NCBI GenBank assembly: GCA_012295275.1
Contig: CM022673.1
Coordinates: 6,510,001 to 6,574,000 of the forward strand
Reading direction: 5' to 3'
Length of the DNA: 64,000 nucleotides
DNA from: Chrysomallon squamiferum
Lineage: Eukaryota; Animalia; Mollusca
In this document: one piece after another, positions 13,894 through 25,871 of the stretch
Layout: each line of letters begins with the position of its first letter
Position numbering within the stretch: the first letter of the stretch is position 1
Position numbers and translations under genes: made by a program
The notes under the pieces: model-generated
Seen by the model: only the letters and a program-made list of their open reading frames with translations
Database searches by the model: none
Told to the model about the DNA's origin: nothing

Positions 13894-16177
13894 GTTATTG
13901 TTGTTATTGTTGTTTTTATTGTTGTTATTACTATTAATTCCAGATTGAAGTGGTAGTCATGAACCCTCACTTTAAAATCCAGCCGTATGACCTTGCTATT
14001 GATCCTTATTCAAGGACAATCTACTGGACATGCTCTCAGAACAATGTCATAAACGTTACAAGAATTGACATGACGTCCATTGGAGTGGTCATTGATAAAT
14101 CCAACAACAAACCACGATCCATTGTTCTTTATCCTGAAAGAGGGTAAACATTTTGTTTTCCATATTCAGAGTTAATTTTTTGCATAAAAGAAAGAGAATT
14201 AAGAATTCAAATACTGGAATGAAAGAAAGACAAGTTCATTAAAGATTTCAGATTTTAAATTAATCTTATTTGATATTGTAGTAAATAAAAAATATTAATA
14301 ATACTCTGAGATAATATTAAAATGTCATTTAAATATATCTGAAGTTTAATGGACTTTCAGCATAACAAGATTCCCCACATTAATATGTTAAATTCCAAAT
14401 TTTTGTTCAGAATTAAAACATCCAAAAAGAGATGAACAATTTATTGAAATTTTCTTATCTGTTTGTTTTGAAATTCATTTTCATTTCATTTTTAAGAAAA
14501 AAAAATAATTTTGAATATAATCCTGGCTTAAATACATTATACTGTTTTTACATGTAAAAGTTGTTTTATCTTTCAGTTACATGTACTGGACGAACACACT
14601 GAACATGGCTCGGATTGAGAGTGCTGCAATGGACGGAACTGAGCGCACCACTCTGTTCAACATGGGACTGGGTCACCCAGTTGCTCTCGCCATCGACAAA
14701 AAGAGCGGGAAACTCTTCTGGGCAGATTCGGGTCTCAAGAGGATCGAGTGCTCCGACCTCGAAGGAGGAAACCGCGAGGTCCTCCTGGATGGTCTCTCGG
14801 GAAACCCTCGTGGGTTAGCAACGTTCGGCAACTTCCTCTACTGGCTGGACCGGGAAACCAGCTCATCGAGAGGATTCACAAACACAAAGGAGACAAACGG
14901 TCCTGGGTTCGGGGCGAATTCCGGGACTCAGCGACCTCATCTCCGTGGAGCATTCACTGCAGGACCAGAATCACCCGTGTTCCCACAACAACGGAGGATG
15001 CTCGCACCTCTGCCTCGTCAAAGGAAGCAGTGGATTCCGATGTTCCTGTCCTTTAGGTCTCGAGCTCAAGTCCGATTCGGTGACCTGCGCCGACCCTCCG
15101 ACCTGTCCACCCGATCATTTCACCTGCAAGTCGGGCAACATCAGGTGCATCCCTCAGGTGTGGACGTGCGACAAGCTTCCCGAGTGCGAGGACAGCTCTG
15201 ACGAAATGGACTGCCCCCGGTGCTCCCCACAGAATGAATTCCAGTGTGCTAATGGTCAGTGCATCCCTCTCAGGCTCTTCTGCGACGGAATGACGCAGTG
15301 TGATGACGGCAGCGATGAAGAGAACTGCTGTAAAGAAAACGAGCATCGTTGCATGAATCACCAGTGCATCGATAAATCCCTCGTCTGCAATGGGCGCCAC
15401 GACTGCACGGATGCATCGGATGAAGAAAACTGTCCGCAGGCTGGACCGAACGTCGGCCAGCCCAATGCCACGCACTATGCAATAGCGATTGTTGTCGGTT
15501 TGGTGTTTCTCATTCTCGTCGTGGCTCTCGTGTTTGTGTGTCGACGTAAGACAACTCACATCCCTCTGGAGGACGTGGACCTGATGGTGATCAAGAAACC
15601 CTGAACCCACATTCGGATCAGACCACGCCTGCCAACACCCTGTCTTCCCGGGGAAAGACAATGGTGATCGGGTTGTCAATGGGCTCGGGAAGCGGGCCGC
15701 CACTCTATGACCGCAACCACGTGACGGGGGCCTCGTCCAGCAGCTCCACGGTGACCCAGTACCCGAAGGAGACGCTGAACCCTCCCCCGAGCCCCTGTCA
15801 CCGACCGGTCTGTGTACGCGGAGGACTGCTACTACTCGTCAAACAGTCTGTCGACGGTGCGGTCATGTCGACAGTACAAAGCACATTTTACGAAAGGGCA
15901 TAAGATACGCAAACACATTCCACCGCCCCCCACCAGTCCGTGCAGCACAGACGTGTGCGAAGACAGCGAGCCCTACAACGCTGCGGCCAAAAAATATTAC
16001 TTCAACAACTCTGTGGTGGAACTGGGCTACGACTCGGACCCTTACCCACCCCCGCCCACACCACGCAGTCATTACTTCTCGGACGAAATGAGTTGTCCCC
16101 CTTCACCGTCCACAGAGCGAAGCTTTTTCAATCCCTATCCACCCCCCCCGTCACCCGTTGGCACTTCGGATTGCTGA
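3548..16177 (+). CDS. LRP6: LDL receptor-related protein 5/6 (arrow), 5'-partial; 14 exons: 3548-3679, 4555-4755, 5373-5568, 6396-6646, 8485-8625, 9051-9339, 9783-10009, 10554-10738, 11524-11727, 12569-12712, 13157-13374, 13944-14143, 14577-16177
   Basis: Phase-compatible GT-AG exons encode EGF1, YWTD propellers 2-4 each followed by an EGF, three LDLa repeats, a TM helix and five PPP(S/T)P motifs. Correction to the count: 13 exons are listed and visible in the window. Five 1-bp indels interrupt the frame (~9219, ~14856, ~14914, ~15600, ~15795). Confidence 0.97.
4555..4755 (+). CDS. LRP6: LRP5/6 exon, start of beta-propeller 2
   Basis: cag|GT...TCAG|gtatgt; [19 protein letters not shown]...[19 protein letters not shown]. 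Confidence 0.95.
5373..5568 (+). CDS. LRP6: LRP5/6 exon, propeller 2
   Basis: ttttcag|AT...AAAGG|gtgtgt; [41 protein letters not shown]...[10 protein letters not shown]. Confidence 0.95.
6396..6646 (+). CDS. LRP6: LRP5/6 exon, propeller 2
   Basis: ttcag|G...TTAG|gtatga; [20 protein letters not shown]...[10 protein letters not shown]. Confidence 0.95.
7990..8445. repeat. Degenerate AT-rich tandem repeat (~95-110 bp unit)
   Basis: gagttaatgaaaact...ttaaattatat..aaaattt recurs at ~8102, 8197, 8311 and 8399. Confidence 0.6.
8485..8625 (+). CDS. LRP6: LRP5/6 exon, end of propeller 2
   Basis: ttcag|GT...AAAG|gtaaaa; [18 protein letters not shown]...LPDLMGLKA. Confidence 0.95.
9051..9339 (+). CDS. 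LRP6: LRP5/6 exon, EGF2 plus start of propeller 3 (1-bp deletion ~9219)
   Basis: [19 protein letters not shown]...[10 protein letters not shown], then shifted frame ISLETNHNN...IYWTDVGQK|gtactg. Confidence 0.93.
9783..10009 (+). CDS. LRP6: LRP5/6 exon, propeller 3
   Basis: tttag|AGC...AATGG|gtgagt; [41 protein letters not shown]. Confidence 0.95.
10554..10738 (+). CDS. LRP6: LRP5/6 exon, propeller 3
   Basis: ttcag|G...ACAG|gtaaac; [20 protein letters not shown]...[17 protein letters not shown]. Confidence 0.95.
10787..10943. repeat. Tandem duplication, ~87 bp x2
   Basis: cagtaaaaa.ctgaaatacact.aattaaat...ttaaatttaaaaa...caga.gttttgtga occurs twice. Confidence 0.75.
11524..11727 (+). CDS. 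LRP6: LRP5/6 exon, end of propeller 3
   Basis: cacag|GC...TCAG|gtaata; [18 protein letters not shown]...[12 protein letters not shown]. Confidence 0.95.
12569..12712 (+). CDS. LRP6: LRP5/6 exon, EGF3
   Basis: ccag|GC...TCAG|gtatat; [19 protein letters not shown]...[17 protein letters not shown]. Confidence 0.95.
12875..13152. repeat. (ATT)n microsatellite plus T tract filling most of an LRP5/6 intron
   Basis: Directly visible. Confidence 0.95.
13157..13374 (+). CDS. LRP6: LRP5/6 exon, start of propeller 4
   Basis: ccag|CA...AAG|gtatga; [15 protein letters not shown]...[23 protein letters not shown]. Confidence 0.95.
13944..14143 (+). CDS. LRP6: LRP5/6 exon, propeller 4
   Basis: ccag|ATT...AGAGG|gtaaac; [28 protein letters not shown]...[11 protein letters not shown]. 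Confidence 0.95.
14577..16177 (+). CDS. LRP6: LRP5/6 terminal coding exon: rest of propeller 4, EGF4, 3 LDLa, TM, cytoplasmic PPPSP tail (4 internal 1-bp indels)
   Basis: tttcag|T TAC ATG TAC TGG. Continuous homology runs across ORFs 14581, 14748, 14945, 15661 and 15812. TM is [22 protein letters not shown]. Motifs [37 protein letters not shown]. Stop TGA 16175-16177. Confidence 0.95.
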
Positions 16178-16210
16178 CGTAAAATACTGATACATCGATT
16201 CATGTGAAAT

Positions 16211-16251
<41 letters not shown>

Positions 16252-16668
16252 TGTGTTGATCATCCAGTCATAAAAGATCAAGAAAGAAAGTACTGATCAC
16301 ATGATGTTTTGAATTCTTCCATTAAGACAACTTGTTACATTTCAGCCAATCATATTGCTTGGATTATAAGAGCTTGTGATGTCGGTGGTGAAAAGTTGAG
16401 TGTGAATGTTTGGCTTGATTATTATGATAATGTTGTTTACATGTAAAAAACTGTTTTGTTGTTAATATTATGACCACTGCATTTTTATTTTACAAATAGT
16501 TTGTTGATTTTTTTTTTTTTTTTTTTTAATACTGACGGCAATAATTTGAGCTGCAGTGAACAAAGACCATTCTGTATATTATGTTCTGTAATTTTTAAAA
16601 AGATTTTATTTCAGTAAATACTTTCTTTTTATTCTCAGGGAAAAGCTTTGAGCCAAAAATAGATTTAG

Positions 16669-16700
<32 letters not shown>

Positions 16701-17164
16701 CACTCTTATTATTATTATTATTTTTTTTTTTAGGTTTTAAATTTAAAAATTAAATGTAGATATTAAAAGTATAAAGATCTGTTCAAAAGAGCAATGTTCT
16801 TTGCACAAATGGCATGGATCTGTACATGTTGTTATGGTAACCAGATAACCTCTTCTTTTTCTCTCTTTTTGTTTAAAAAAGAAACATTATTATTTCTTTT
16901 CAATGGAATTTAAAGAAAAAAATGAAATTATGAAAATAACCAACTTGCTATGTGTTTGTATATCAGTGTATACATAGGTTTGAATGTCAGTGGAAGTATA
17001 AACTTTTATACCTTACTGTTAAAAGAGTTAGGATTATTTAACAGCTCGGGTGAACCAGTTTCCAATAGGTGCTTAATTTCATTGTTACATAGAGAGGGCA
17101 ATTTTTGTTATTTACATATGTTTGTGTTTCTGGTGCTTCAAGATGAATGTAAAAACCACAAAAA

Positions 17165-17199
<35 letters not shown>

Positions 17200-20100
17200 A
17201 AAGGAAGATGAAAAATCAAAAAATCATATTTCTTGTTAATGCAGTTTTTGTTGTATGTAAATTACTACATAATGGAAACTGCATTCTTATAAAATGCTGT
17301 ATTTTGGGCCTTTTTAATTCAGTAATCTTTTTTGTCTGAATTGAATCATGAGGCACTGGTGTTGGCAAAAGAATGGAATTTTAAAAAAAATTTGTTTGGC
17401 ACATTTTATTAAACAAAAAAAAATGAAATTTCTTTTATAAAAGTCTTGGAAATATATATATATATATACACATACACACCCACTCACACACATATATGTG
17501 GGTGGGTGTGTGTTAAAAAAAAAATAATAATAAAATAAAAATCTGTCAGCATCAAGCCTCCCTTTTCCAAGAATAAAATTCCTTTATTTTATGAAAAAAA
17601 CACATATACATATATATACATATATTTTTCAAAAATCTAATTTTTATTGTAATGTAAAATGAAGTGTACAACACAGCATTTATTAAATGTTCAGATATAT
17701 GCAATGTTGTGAAGAAAGAAAAATAAATAATAACATGGGCATGAGAAAATACAAAAAAAGCCAGGGCCATATAGGTTGTGATTTTATAATTTTTAATAAT
17801 TTACTTTTTGAAATATTTTATAATTTGGGAAAGACAGCAATCAAACAATATATGCTTAGGTGTTGCCAAAAAATGTTTATTGGGATTTCAAACTAGCTGG
17901 CTAGTTTTCTTCTCTGCTTTTAATATTTTAATGGGTAATGACTCAAAAAAAAAATAAAAAAAAAATAAAAAATAAAAAAAAAAAAAAAAAAAAAAATATT
18001 ACACCAAAAAAAAAAAAAAAAAAAAAAAAGTTTTTTAAAAATGTAATTTCATATCTTCACAAATGCATTAAATCTTGTTTTTCTATTTTGAAAAAAATTT
18101 ACAACTGGGTACCTAATCATTTCAAACTGAAATTAGTTTATTTATGAAATCATTATTTTTGAACAAAACACATTTCTCTCATATTTGGAACTGGTTTGTT
18201 TAGTAAAATACCAAGGGTTGTTGTTTTCTAACAATGTCATACCATTGCACCAGTTTTTAACAGAGATGTTTTATTCATTATTTTAAATTGTTAAATACTG
18301 TATTTATATGCTGTACAGTTCATGTGTAAATATTTCATAAATATTCATGTTTTGAGTATAATTATATATATGTGTACAAAAATGAAACCAAATCTTATGT
18401 TATATGTGACAGGATTTAGTTTTATTTTTTTTTTTTTTCGATCTGTAGTTTGCATTTGTACATAGTATTTGTGACCTTGACCTTGAAATAATGACCTCAG
18501 AATGAATTAGAAAATATTATATCTTTGTGATATATATATCTGAATGCATGCAATAAAGTGTTGATGTTTGTGAGAAAAAAAAAAAAAAAAATTAAAATTA
18601 AAAAAAAAATTAAAAATGTAATAATTCTACAGTAACATTTGTGTTGCTGTATAAGAGAACCAGGCTAAAGTGCAAAATCGTCCAAAAAAACAACAAAACA
18701 ATTTCTGATCAAAAAAATGTTTCAAAAATTATGTTACATATCAACCCATAGAGTATGTGAAGGAGTGGGCTGACAGTAGTAAACTGGTCAGTGCCATTTT
18801 TTTCAGCCAAAACTTACCAACATCCCAGACATGACCTAACTGTTGTTTTGGACATGTATGAGACGAAATTCTCTTTTGAGAAAGTAGAAATAAAACTGAA
18901 ATGAAAAACTTTAGACAGAAAAATTCAAATCCATGAAGTAGCTCATTATGATGTTCTTTTTTTGCTGCTTGTCGCTAAATATAGCTGATTTTGTCTGGTC
19001 AGGTTTTCTCGTGCATCATCACATTTGTATAAATAACACAGACAGACATGCACACACACATATCCCTTCATAAACATGCATGCGCACATATGTATAAATT
19101 TATAATGTAGTATGTATAGATTGCATTTGAACATTTAGCAATAAATTTTGTGATTTTTAAAAATGGAAGCCAAATTAGCATATCTGTTTTTTTAATACAA
19201 GATCTTATGAAAAAAGAAATTTAATTTATTTAATTTTTTTTTTTTTTTTTTTTTTAATGATTTTAACTGTTCAGTATAAAAGTAGCTTAAAATTTATCAT
19301 TGTGTGATTTTTATAAAATTAATGATTGGAAAAAAAAAAAAAGATAATAATAAATAGCAATTACTTAAGGAGATTAAAATTATTTTTTGAAAAGTTTAAC
19401 GTAATGTATTTGCCGAACATAAGAAATAGTAGTATTCAGTTAAAACTATTAATGAATTAATAAACAAACATAACAATGAAATGTAAATAAAAAAAATAAA
19501 ACTGATGTTGATAAAGATACTAAAAAAGATGAATTATAATAGAAATCCAGAAGTAAGTATTGTTAAATATATAATTTATTAAAAATAAAATGAAAAACAC
19601 AAAACACCATCTAAACAAAATGCACTGCCGTTCCTTTGATAACCATTGTCTAGTTTCCTGTTAGAAATGTTTCCCACAGTTCCCTAGATTTCCCATAATT
19701 CCCTGAACCAACAAGTGCTGGCTTTGAGTGATATTATTTTGTGTCTGTTGGCTATTTTCCCAAAGTGCTTCATATGAATGTTTTTGTTCTCTTTGTTCTG
19801 TTAACAAATTTTTTTTTTTTTTCTTTCTCGTATTACAAATATATAATTATACACATGTAAATATATTAAAAAATATCTTACTTAGAATTTGTTTTTAGGT
19901 TTTGAGAGTTTTATGGAATTTGTTACATTATTATTATGCATTCATTTTTGTGTTGTTGGGTTTTTTGTTTTGGTTCATGTGTTTATTTAGTTTTTTAAAT
20001 TATAATTTTATTATTTATTTTTTTTTAAATTTCACTTTTTATTATTTAAAAAATAAAACCAAAATGTATGTTTTTACCTTTAATGGTAAAATAACACCAA

Positions 20101-21205
20101 AGATGTTTGAAAAATACTGTTTTTCATTTATCTTAGACTTTATTAATTTTCTATTTAAAGTTCTTATAAAAATGTTTACAAAATTTTACAGTTATTTATC
20201 CAGTTATCTGTGGATTTTGATCACCAATTAGAGATTGCATTTGTAGTTTCAACAATGAATAAAATATGAAAATAAATTTTTAAAATAACTTTTAACGAAT
20301 GAGAACAAATGTTTTGAGCATATACAAAAAAACTATTTATTTTTTATTTATTTATTTATTTTTAATTATAATAGATCTGGAAAACAAAGTAATTTTTCTT
20401 AAAATTAATCAAAAATTTGTTGTCCAAACCATTATCCAGAATGAAGTTCTTTCCCTTGATGAATCTTTTATCTTCCTTTTTTTTTTTTTTTTTTTTTAAC
20501 TTCTCTTCATTGTGGTCACAAAATGGCTGCCACGCAGATATACCATAAACAAGTCCATTTGTTAAACATTTCCAGTAAAACTGGTTTAATGTACTTACTT
20601 TTAAACTTTTCCTTAAGTTACAATTTTATAAATTACTTGGACAAATTTTAAAAAAATAGTGTCAACTTTCTTGCTGGCTTATTATATTTAAAATAATAAT
20701 AAAATGAAATAATTAAATTAAATTAAATTAAAAATGAAATGAAATAATGAAATAAAACGAAATAAAATAAAATAAAAAATGAAATGAAGATTATTATAAA
20801 TTTGGTAACATTTAAATTGAGTCTCTTGAAAGTTTGGGTTATATTTAGTATACTTTGAAAAGAGAAACATTTAAGCCTTCCCTCTGATAGTTAGTGTAAC
20901 TTTGTCAGAGATAGGATCAAAACAGGGATTAGATAGTTACTCCAAGTAACAAAAATGTAAGAACAGGAAAGAAGTATTTAGAAAGAATATTAAAAGTTGA
21001 GGATAATTTTTATTATTATTTTAATTATTTATTAATATTATTATCATTATTATCTATTACTGTTATTTTAACGATGATTATTGTTATTATTGCATTATTA
21101 CTATAATTATTATTATCAAAGTTGTATTTTTTTTAAATATTGAATATTTATGTAAATTGGGTCTTATTGATATTTATCTGTAATTTCATCATATTTTATT
21201 CTTCA

Positions 21206-21363
21206 TATCATCCTGACTACCTTTTGTTAACATTTCTCATTGATAACTGAACAAAAATAAAAAAAAATAAAATTGTGATGGTTTATTTTAAGGTTTAATT
21301 TTAAAATGTCTGGGATAAGATTTTAATTTTACTCATATCTTTTTAACCATTTTGAAATGTAAT
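21206..21363 (+). repeat. Direct-repeat copy 1 of a ~150-bp segment
   Basis: Near-identical to 22696-22846 (tatcatcctgactacc...aaaattgtgatggtttattttaaggtttaattttaaaatgtctgggataagattttaattt...tgaaatgtaat). Confidence 0.9.
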
Positions 21364-21633
21364 TTCACTTTCAAATTGTTTTTCTTTAATTAAAATTTCA
21401 TGTTTAGGTTGTTACTGCCTTACAATGTGGAAGTATTACAGTACCCCGTTTGAGTGCCTGTCTTTTTGTGTGTATCTAGGGTCATTTGAGCTGGACACTG
21501 GTCAGCTTGATGTGACATGTATTGTGTATAGACCACAGCCATGTTTAAATAAGCTGTGACGACATAAGTGTGTATATTGAAACATGTAGCTTATACAATG
21601 CTTTCTAGTTTTATAGTCATACACATCTGTACA

Positions 21634-21680
21634 AATAAATTACAGATAACAATAACTTGTGTTGTTTTTGTTCTTTTCAT
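21634..21680 (+). terminator. Candidate distal polyA signal of LRP5/6
   Basis: AATAAA 21634-21639 followed by a GT-rich element (ttgtgttgtttttgttcttttc); an alternative AATAAA lies at 18552. Confidence 0.35.
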
Positions 21681-22333
21681 TATATAAAGATAACCAGGTT
21701 CCACAGAAATACCCTAGGGTTGTGAAGCTGCTTCAGTTCTACTATAAATATGTAAAATAAAACAAAAACTGACTGTTAACATTCATTTTCCGATTAATAG
21801 GGTGAGGGTTTTGGTATACAATAAGAATAAAATAATAATAGGTGGGCAATATCTTCTGCAATAATAATAAAAAGTTAGGCAAAGTGGTTTTAGACATACA
21901 AATCCACATGCATGCATATGTAATATATATTAAAACAGTGGTTATGAACGACACATTTGCACATACACAATAAATTGCATAGATTAATGAAAAATAAATC
22001 TGATTATGTTAAACTAAATTGGTTAATGAGAATTACACTTTTTAAAAACAAATCTATTGGTAGATTTGTAGCTGACTAGTTAAACTGTGAGCCTGTTGAG
22101 GAGATGTTGGATCAATTCACTGCTAAAGGATCGTCCAGGATAAAATTGGATTTTAATCAATACCTTAGACTGGATAAAAGCTATGTTTTCATGTCTTAAA
22201 AAAAAAAAAAAAAATTAATAAAAAAATCACAAAAATTCATTCATCCATTTACAACTTCTCTACATTCACATTACAGCAAACAAATAAATAAATTTCAAAA
22301 ACAAAACTCGTATAAATTAAGATGACATATTAT

Positions 22334-22339
22334 TTTATT
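22334..22339 (-). terminator. Probable eIF3m polyadenylation signal
   Basis: AATAAA on - about 125 nt after the stop, followed by a GT/T-rich tract. Confidence 0.55.
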
Positions 22340-22461
22340 GAGATGAAAACTATTTACAATTCACCCCCTTTTTTTTTTTTCATGTTTTTCTTTTTTTTAT
22401 TTTTTTTTTAATTTTTTTATTTTTTTTTTAAATTTTGATTACTGTCCATCACACCTCTAGC

Positions 22462-22664
22462 TCAAGCTTGAGGTGCCTGTGTCTGCAGTGTTGTCAGTGA
22501 CTGTAAATTGGCCTCCACCATGTGTAGATTGGTTTTCCACTGAGAGAGGTACTGGCGCAGAAGCTGCCACTGTTGTTTGCTAAATGTCCGGTGAGTCGTA
22601 GAATAAATTATAACTTTCTTCTGCAGCTGGTCAATCTTTGCTCTTACTGCTTTTGTTCTCAATA
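22462..22664 (-). CDS. EIF3M: eIF3m exon 9 (last coding)
   Basis: [32 protein letters not shown]...TQAPQA*. Confidence 0.95.
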
Positions 22665-25600
22665 CTGGAAAAAAAAATATATATATATATATATATATCA
22701 TCCTGACTACCGTGTGTTAATATTTCTCATTGATAAAATAAAAAATAAAAATTGTGATGGTTTATTTTAAGGTTTAATTTTAAAATGTCTGGGATAAGAT
22801 TTTAATTTATACTCGTATCTTCTTTTTAACTATGTTGAAATGTAATGATGATATTGAAATTAGAATTAAAACGTCTTTAATTTATGCCACAACAGCTCAA
22901 CCGACTGAAGGGAGATAACTGAAATAAACTAACCCTCAATAACGAAATCTTCAACATCATCATCTTCTAACTGCATCTCCTCAACGATGGTCGCATAATC
23001 AATTTCCTTTCTGTTTTCCGCCATCTGCATGAACGTCAACAGTCGCATCTTACGCATGTTCTGGTCATGTGACAAGCCTGTGAAATAAAAACCTCACTAA
23101 TGTACAACACAGGTAGCATATTCTCAGTTTCTCATGGTCACTAAAAAAGGTTACTCTTCAGAGATACTAAAAAGAATCTAACATCAGCCTACCCTGTAAT
23201 TTTAAAAAAGTAGTCACTATATTTCTATATTCTAATGACTGGTGAAAATAATAGGTTGCAACAGAAATAATAAATGTGTGTATGTGTGTGCATGTGAAAA
23301 AATTAATTTCAAAATCTTTTCTAACATATACCAACATTTGAGCATAAAACAATAGTGATATATAAACAGACCATGTTTTTTAATTATTGAGAAATAAATT
23401 GTTGATTTGATGCCCATTTATGGAGCAATTAATTTTTATTATCATTCTTTATTTTAATAAGACTGTAAAATTGTTAATTAAAAACCTAATTTAAAAAAGT
23501 AAAATAAAATCTGTCTTTGGAAAATAAGTTACTATATGCAACTGCCTAGACAGGTGTAAATTAAATGAATCTTACTTGTTTGTGAGTTGAAATAAGCAAC
23601 ACCTTACAAAAGAAGATATCACCTTGGATACTCACAAGGTTTATTTTGCACCAATGATTTTCCACAATTAAAACTTTCTTACAGAGTGAAATTTTCTTGG
23701 TGCTTGTGAATAACATGCAAGTTCTTAAAATTATCTGTCTTTATTAAACAGCAGGAATTATTATTTGTGTATCTCAAGTATGAAGTAACATCAGCTTTTA
23801 TACTGTGAGTTTGAATATTGATTATAAATTTTAGAATAAACATTAAATTGCTAACAAGGTCTACTGGCACATTCAAAAATAATGTTGCCTGCTTAATCTG
23901 ACCTCTCTTTATAAATTGAAATTGGCTATTCTAAAAATAAAATAATAATAAATTAAATAAAAACACAAAAAAATCCAATCCCTCAAAACCCAGAAATAAA
24001 AATGTAACACCTGAAAAGACTAAATGATTTTATTTTAAAAAAAAAAACAAGATTTCTCATCCTACAGAAATTAATAATAATCAATGCATGAATGATATTA
24101 TGATTAATGGGCCATATCCTAAAAGTTAAATAATGCTGAATTCATACATCATTAAAAAAACACACCAAAAAAAAACCAAAAAAAAAAAAAAAAATTGAAT
24201 ACCCATTTTTATTGATAAACACACTACACTTATAGTGCCAGTTAGAAATTATATTTCAGTTGTAATAATTTTGTTTAACAATATGAGAAAATTTCTGAAT
24301 AATTTATAAAATACAATTTTGTCTGTTAGTTGAAATAAGCAACAAGCTATCAAAACCAGTCACCTTGGATACAAACAGTTTCAATCTAGCATCAGTATTT
24401 TCTCTCACAAAAACATTTTGATGTGTGGACAAACTTAACAAGATGCATTACCATACAAAGATTAAAATGAAATAAAATTAAAAGAAAAATAGTGGATTCA
24501 TTAAGAAAATCAAATGCAAATGTACAAGTCTGATATTAATAAAATATCTAATAAATCTGTCTGCAGACCTATACTTAGTTAAAAATAAAGATACTAAAAA
24601 CAGAATATTATAAAATAAAAATAAAAAATAAAATGTTTGAAACTTACCCAGTGATTTGACAAAGTCTGTGTTGTTTTTGTAAAACTGCTGATACTGAGAT
24701 AATTTCCCTGACACAAATATTGTTAGAAGCTGAAACAGTAACATAAAAAACATTATTGAATTTTACATAAATTTTATATGAATTTGGCATCTTATATTTA
24801 ATCAAATAAATAACTAGGATCTCAACAAAATTACACAGTGTTCTCAAACATATATTTAAAAAAAAAAGTATTTTAACTTTTGCTAATGTTATGGTTCTCT
24901 AAGTTTTGATAAATAAATCTTCTCCACATATTACAGAAGAACAGAAAGACTGATGACAGTTTTATATGTTACCCTTGCAAAATTTGTGAACTTCAAAAAG
25001 TCAAATGAATATATTTACACCAGAATGTTTTTCTAAAAGCTTGTTTATATACTTTAATATTTTAAATCTAAAAATAAATTTAAATGGACTAATAACACTT
25101 GCAATATATGTATGCTTAGGACAATAAGAAAAATCATCATGATGAAGTCAAATCTACATATCTATGCATAATATTAAAACAAAATATAAAGGCACTTTAC
25201 TCAAGATCTTACATTATGGATGGACTCTCCTTCCAGGAATTTGACAGGTTTTAATGTCAGTAAATGATCCATCAAGTATGTGTCTGGGTCAGCAAGACAG
25301 GTGACAATACACCTGTGAGCATCGTCACGTGCCTGTGAGGCATTGTCTTCTGTGTATGTTCCCAACAACTCAATCATTACCTTTGTAGCTTGTTCCCTAA
25401 AACATTTGAACACCAGAATATACAGACTAATCAAGTTAAGATGTACATTTAAAATATAATAAATTAAACTAAAGTTTCAAAGGTTCTAAATTATTAGGAG
25501 TATTATGTCAGTTATTCAAAATTTGAACACTGCAGATGGTAATCAAAAGAAATAATTTATATATAATCGTACAAAATTTCGTATATATTTCGAAAATAAT

Positions 25601-25821
25601 ACAGGCTGCATTTATTTGTCGTATTTAAAAAAAACAAAAAGCAATATGTAAGTAACACTACCAAAATAGTTTTAACTTCTGGGAGGTAAGCAGATCAGAT
25701 AGACAATGACAAACATGAATTTACCCTTGTTTAGCTTCCAAAAGAACATCATGCAGAACTCGGAACAGGTTCTGTTTTTTCTGAATATTTATTCGCCATT
25801 GACTAATCCATGTCTTAACCT

Positions 25822-25871
<50 letters not shown>

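Noticed and set aside
15595-15605. AAA CCC TGA as a programmed frameshift or readthrough site truncating LRP5/6 after the TM
   Set aside because: CCC-UGA-type sites shift +1, but homology continues in the -1 frame; restoring one C in the run gives KKPLNPHS.
15053-15703. 216-aa minus-strand ORF
   Set aside because: Antisense shadow of the GC-rich LRP5/6 exon; no independent features.
3548-16177. LRP5/6 as a pseudogene
   Set aside because: Only 1-bp indels, no decay of motifs or splice sites, and the same error type occurs in essential eIF3m and CARS1; assembly error is more parsimonious.
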